Virus record (IMG/VR): IMGVR_UViG_3300029288_000054
Coordinates: 198,607-262,606 of that record
Direction: 5' to 3' (one strand)
DNA: 64,000 nt
Origin: a virus
Lineage: Duplodnaviria > Heunggongvirae > Uroviricota > Caudoviricetes
Part shown: in pieces, positions 63,865 to 64,000 of the stretch
How positions within the stretch are numbered: the stretch's first letter is position 1
Layout: each line of letters opens with the position of its first letter
Position numbers and translations under genes: made by a program
Notes under the pieces: generated by a model
Seen by the model: the letters and a program-made list of their open reading frames with translations, nothing else
Databases searched by the model: none
What the model was told of the DNA's origin: nothing

Positions 63865-64000
63865 GGGAACGAAGAATTCAGTATCTATCCCTTCAGGTAA
63901 GAAAATAGAGGGACATTTATAATGTTCCTTACAGTACTTGAATGTCTGTGGCGAGATACCAACAGCAAGGTCGAGATATGGATATGGTTGTAAGTTTATG

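Overview
This 64 kb window is densely packed with prokaryote-style genes and has no long non-coding stretches apart from one structured repeat region. There are about 125 genes, many joined by 4-nt ATGA stop/start overlaps. The gene content fits a large tailed phage, T4-like or jumbo, rather than a bacterial chromosome. Genes sit in strand blocks: 2.5-4.5 kb (+), 4.5-26 kb (-), 26-29.4 kb (+), 31.4-33.5 kb (+), 36.5-38.8 kb (+), 40.4-42.4 kb (+), 45.9-52.3 kb (-) and 54.4-64 kb (-). Recognisable products: two tandem gamma-class N6-adenine DNA methyltransferases; a Thg1-like 3'-5' nucleotidyltransferase; a C39-like cysteine peptidase; GalE; two different PurA-family (adenylosuccinate-synthetase-fold) paralogs; a vWA protein next to a J-domain/kinase-like fusion; a tRNA cluster of Ser-UGA, Arg-UCU, Thr-UGU and Met/Ile-CAU, all on the minus strand; an HNH endonuclease; a calcineurin-like metallophosphatase and a CX5R dual-specificity phosphatase; thymidylate kinase; a RarA/MgsA-like AAA+ ATPase; three radical-SAM proteins, one of them KamA (lysine 2,3-aminomutase)-like and one fused to a GT2 domain; an SPFH/band-7 protein; a T4-type prohead-protease-like protein; CsrA; a Rad50/SbcC-like ATPase with a zinc hook; and a very large glycan toolkit (GT2, GT-A, GT25, GT11 fucosyltransferase, GT42/CstII-like, GT4, FkbM and class-I methyltransferases, a sulfotransferase-like protein). 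Outside the coding regions, the features that stand out are a ~350 bp intergenic array of 10-bp-phased degenerate repeats punctuated by two identical 35-bp elements that each carry a perfect 13-bp palindrome; an extended -10 promoter overlapped by a perfect 10-bp inverted repeat; and phage tRNAs with a G1-U72 pair and a shared odd D-arm. The candidates I rate most interesting are a possible nucleotide or DNA-modification capacity (the two PurA paralogs plus a KamA-like radical SAM enzyme) and the vWA-J-domain-pseudokinase pair.
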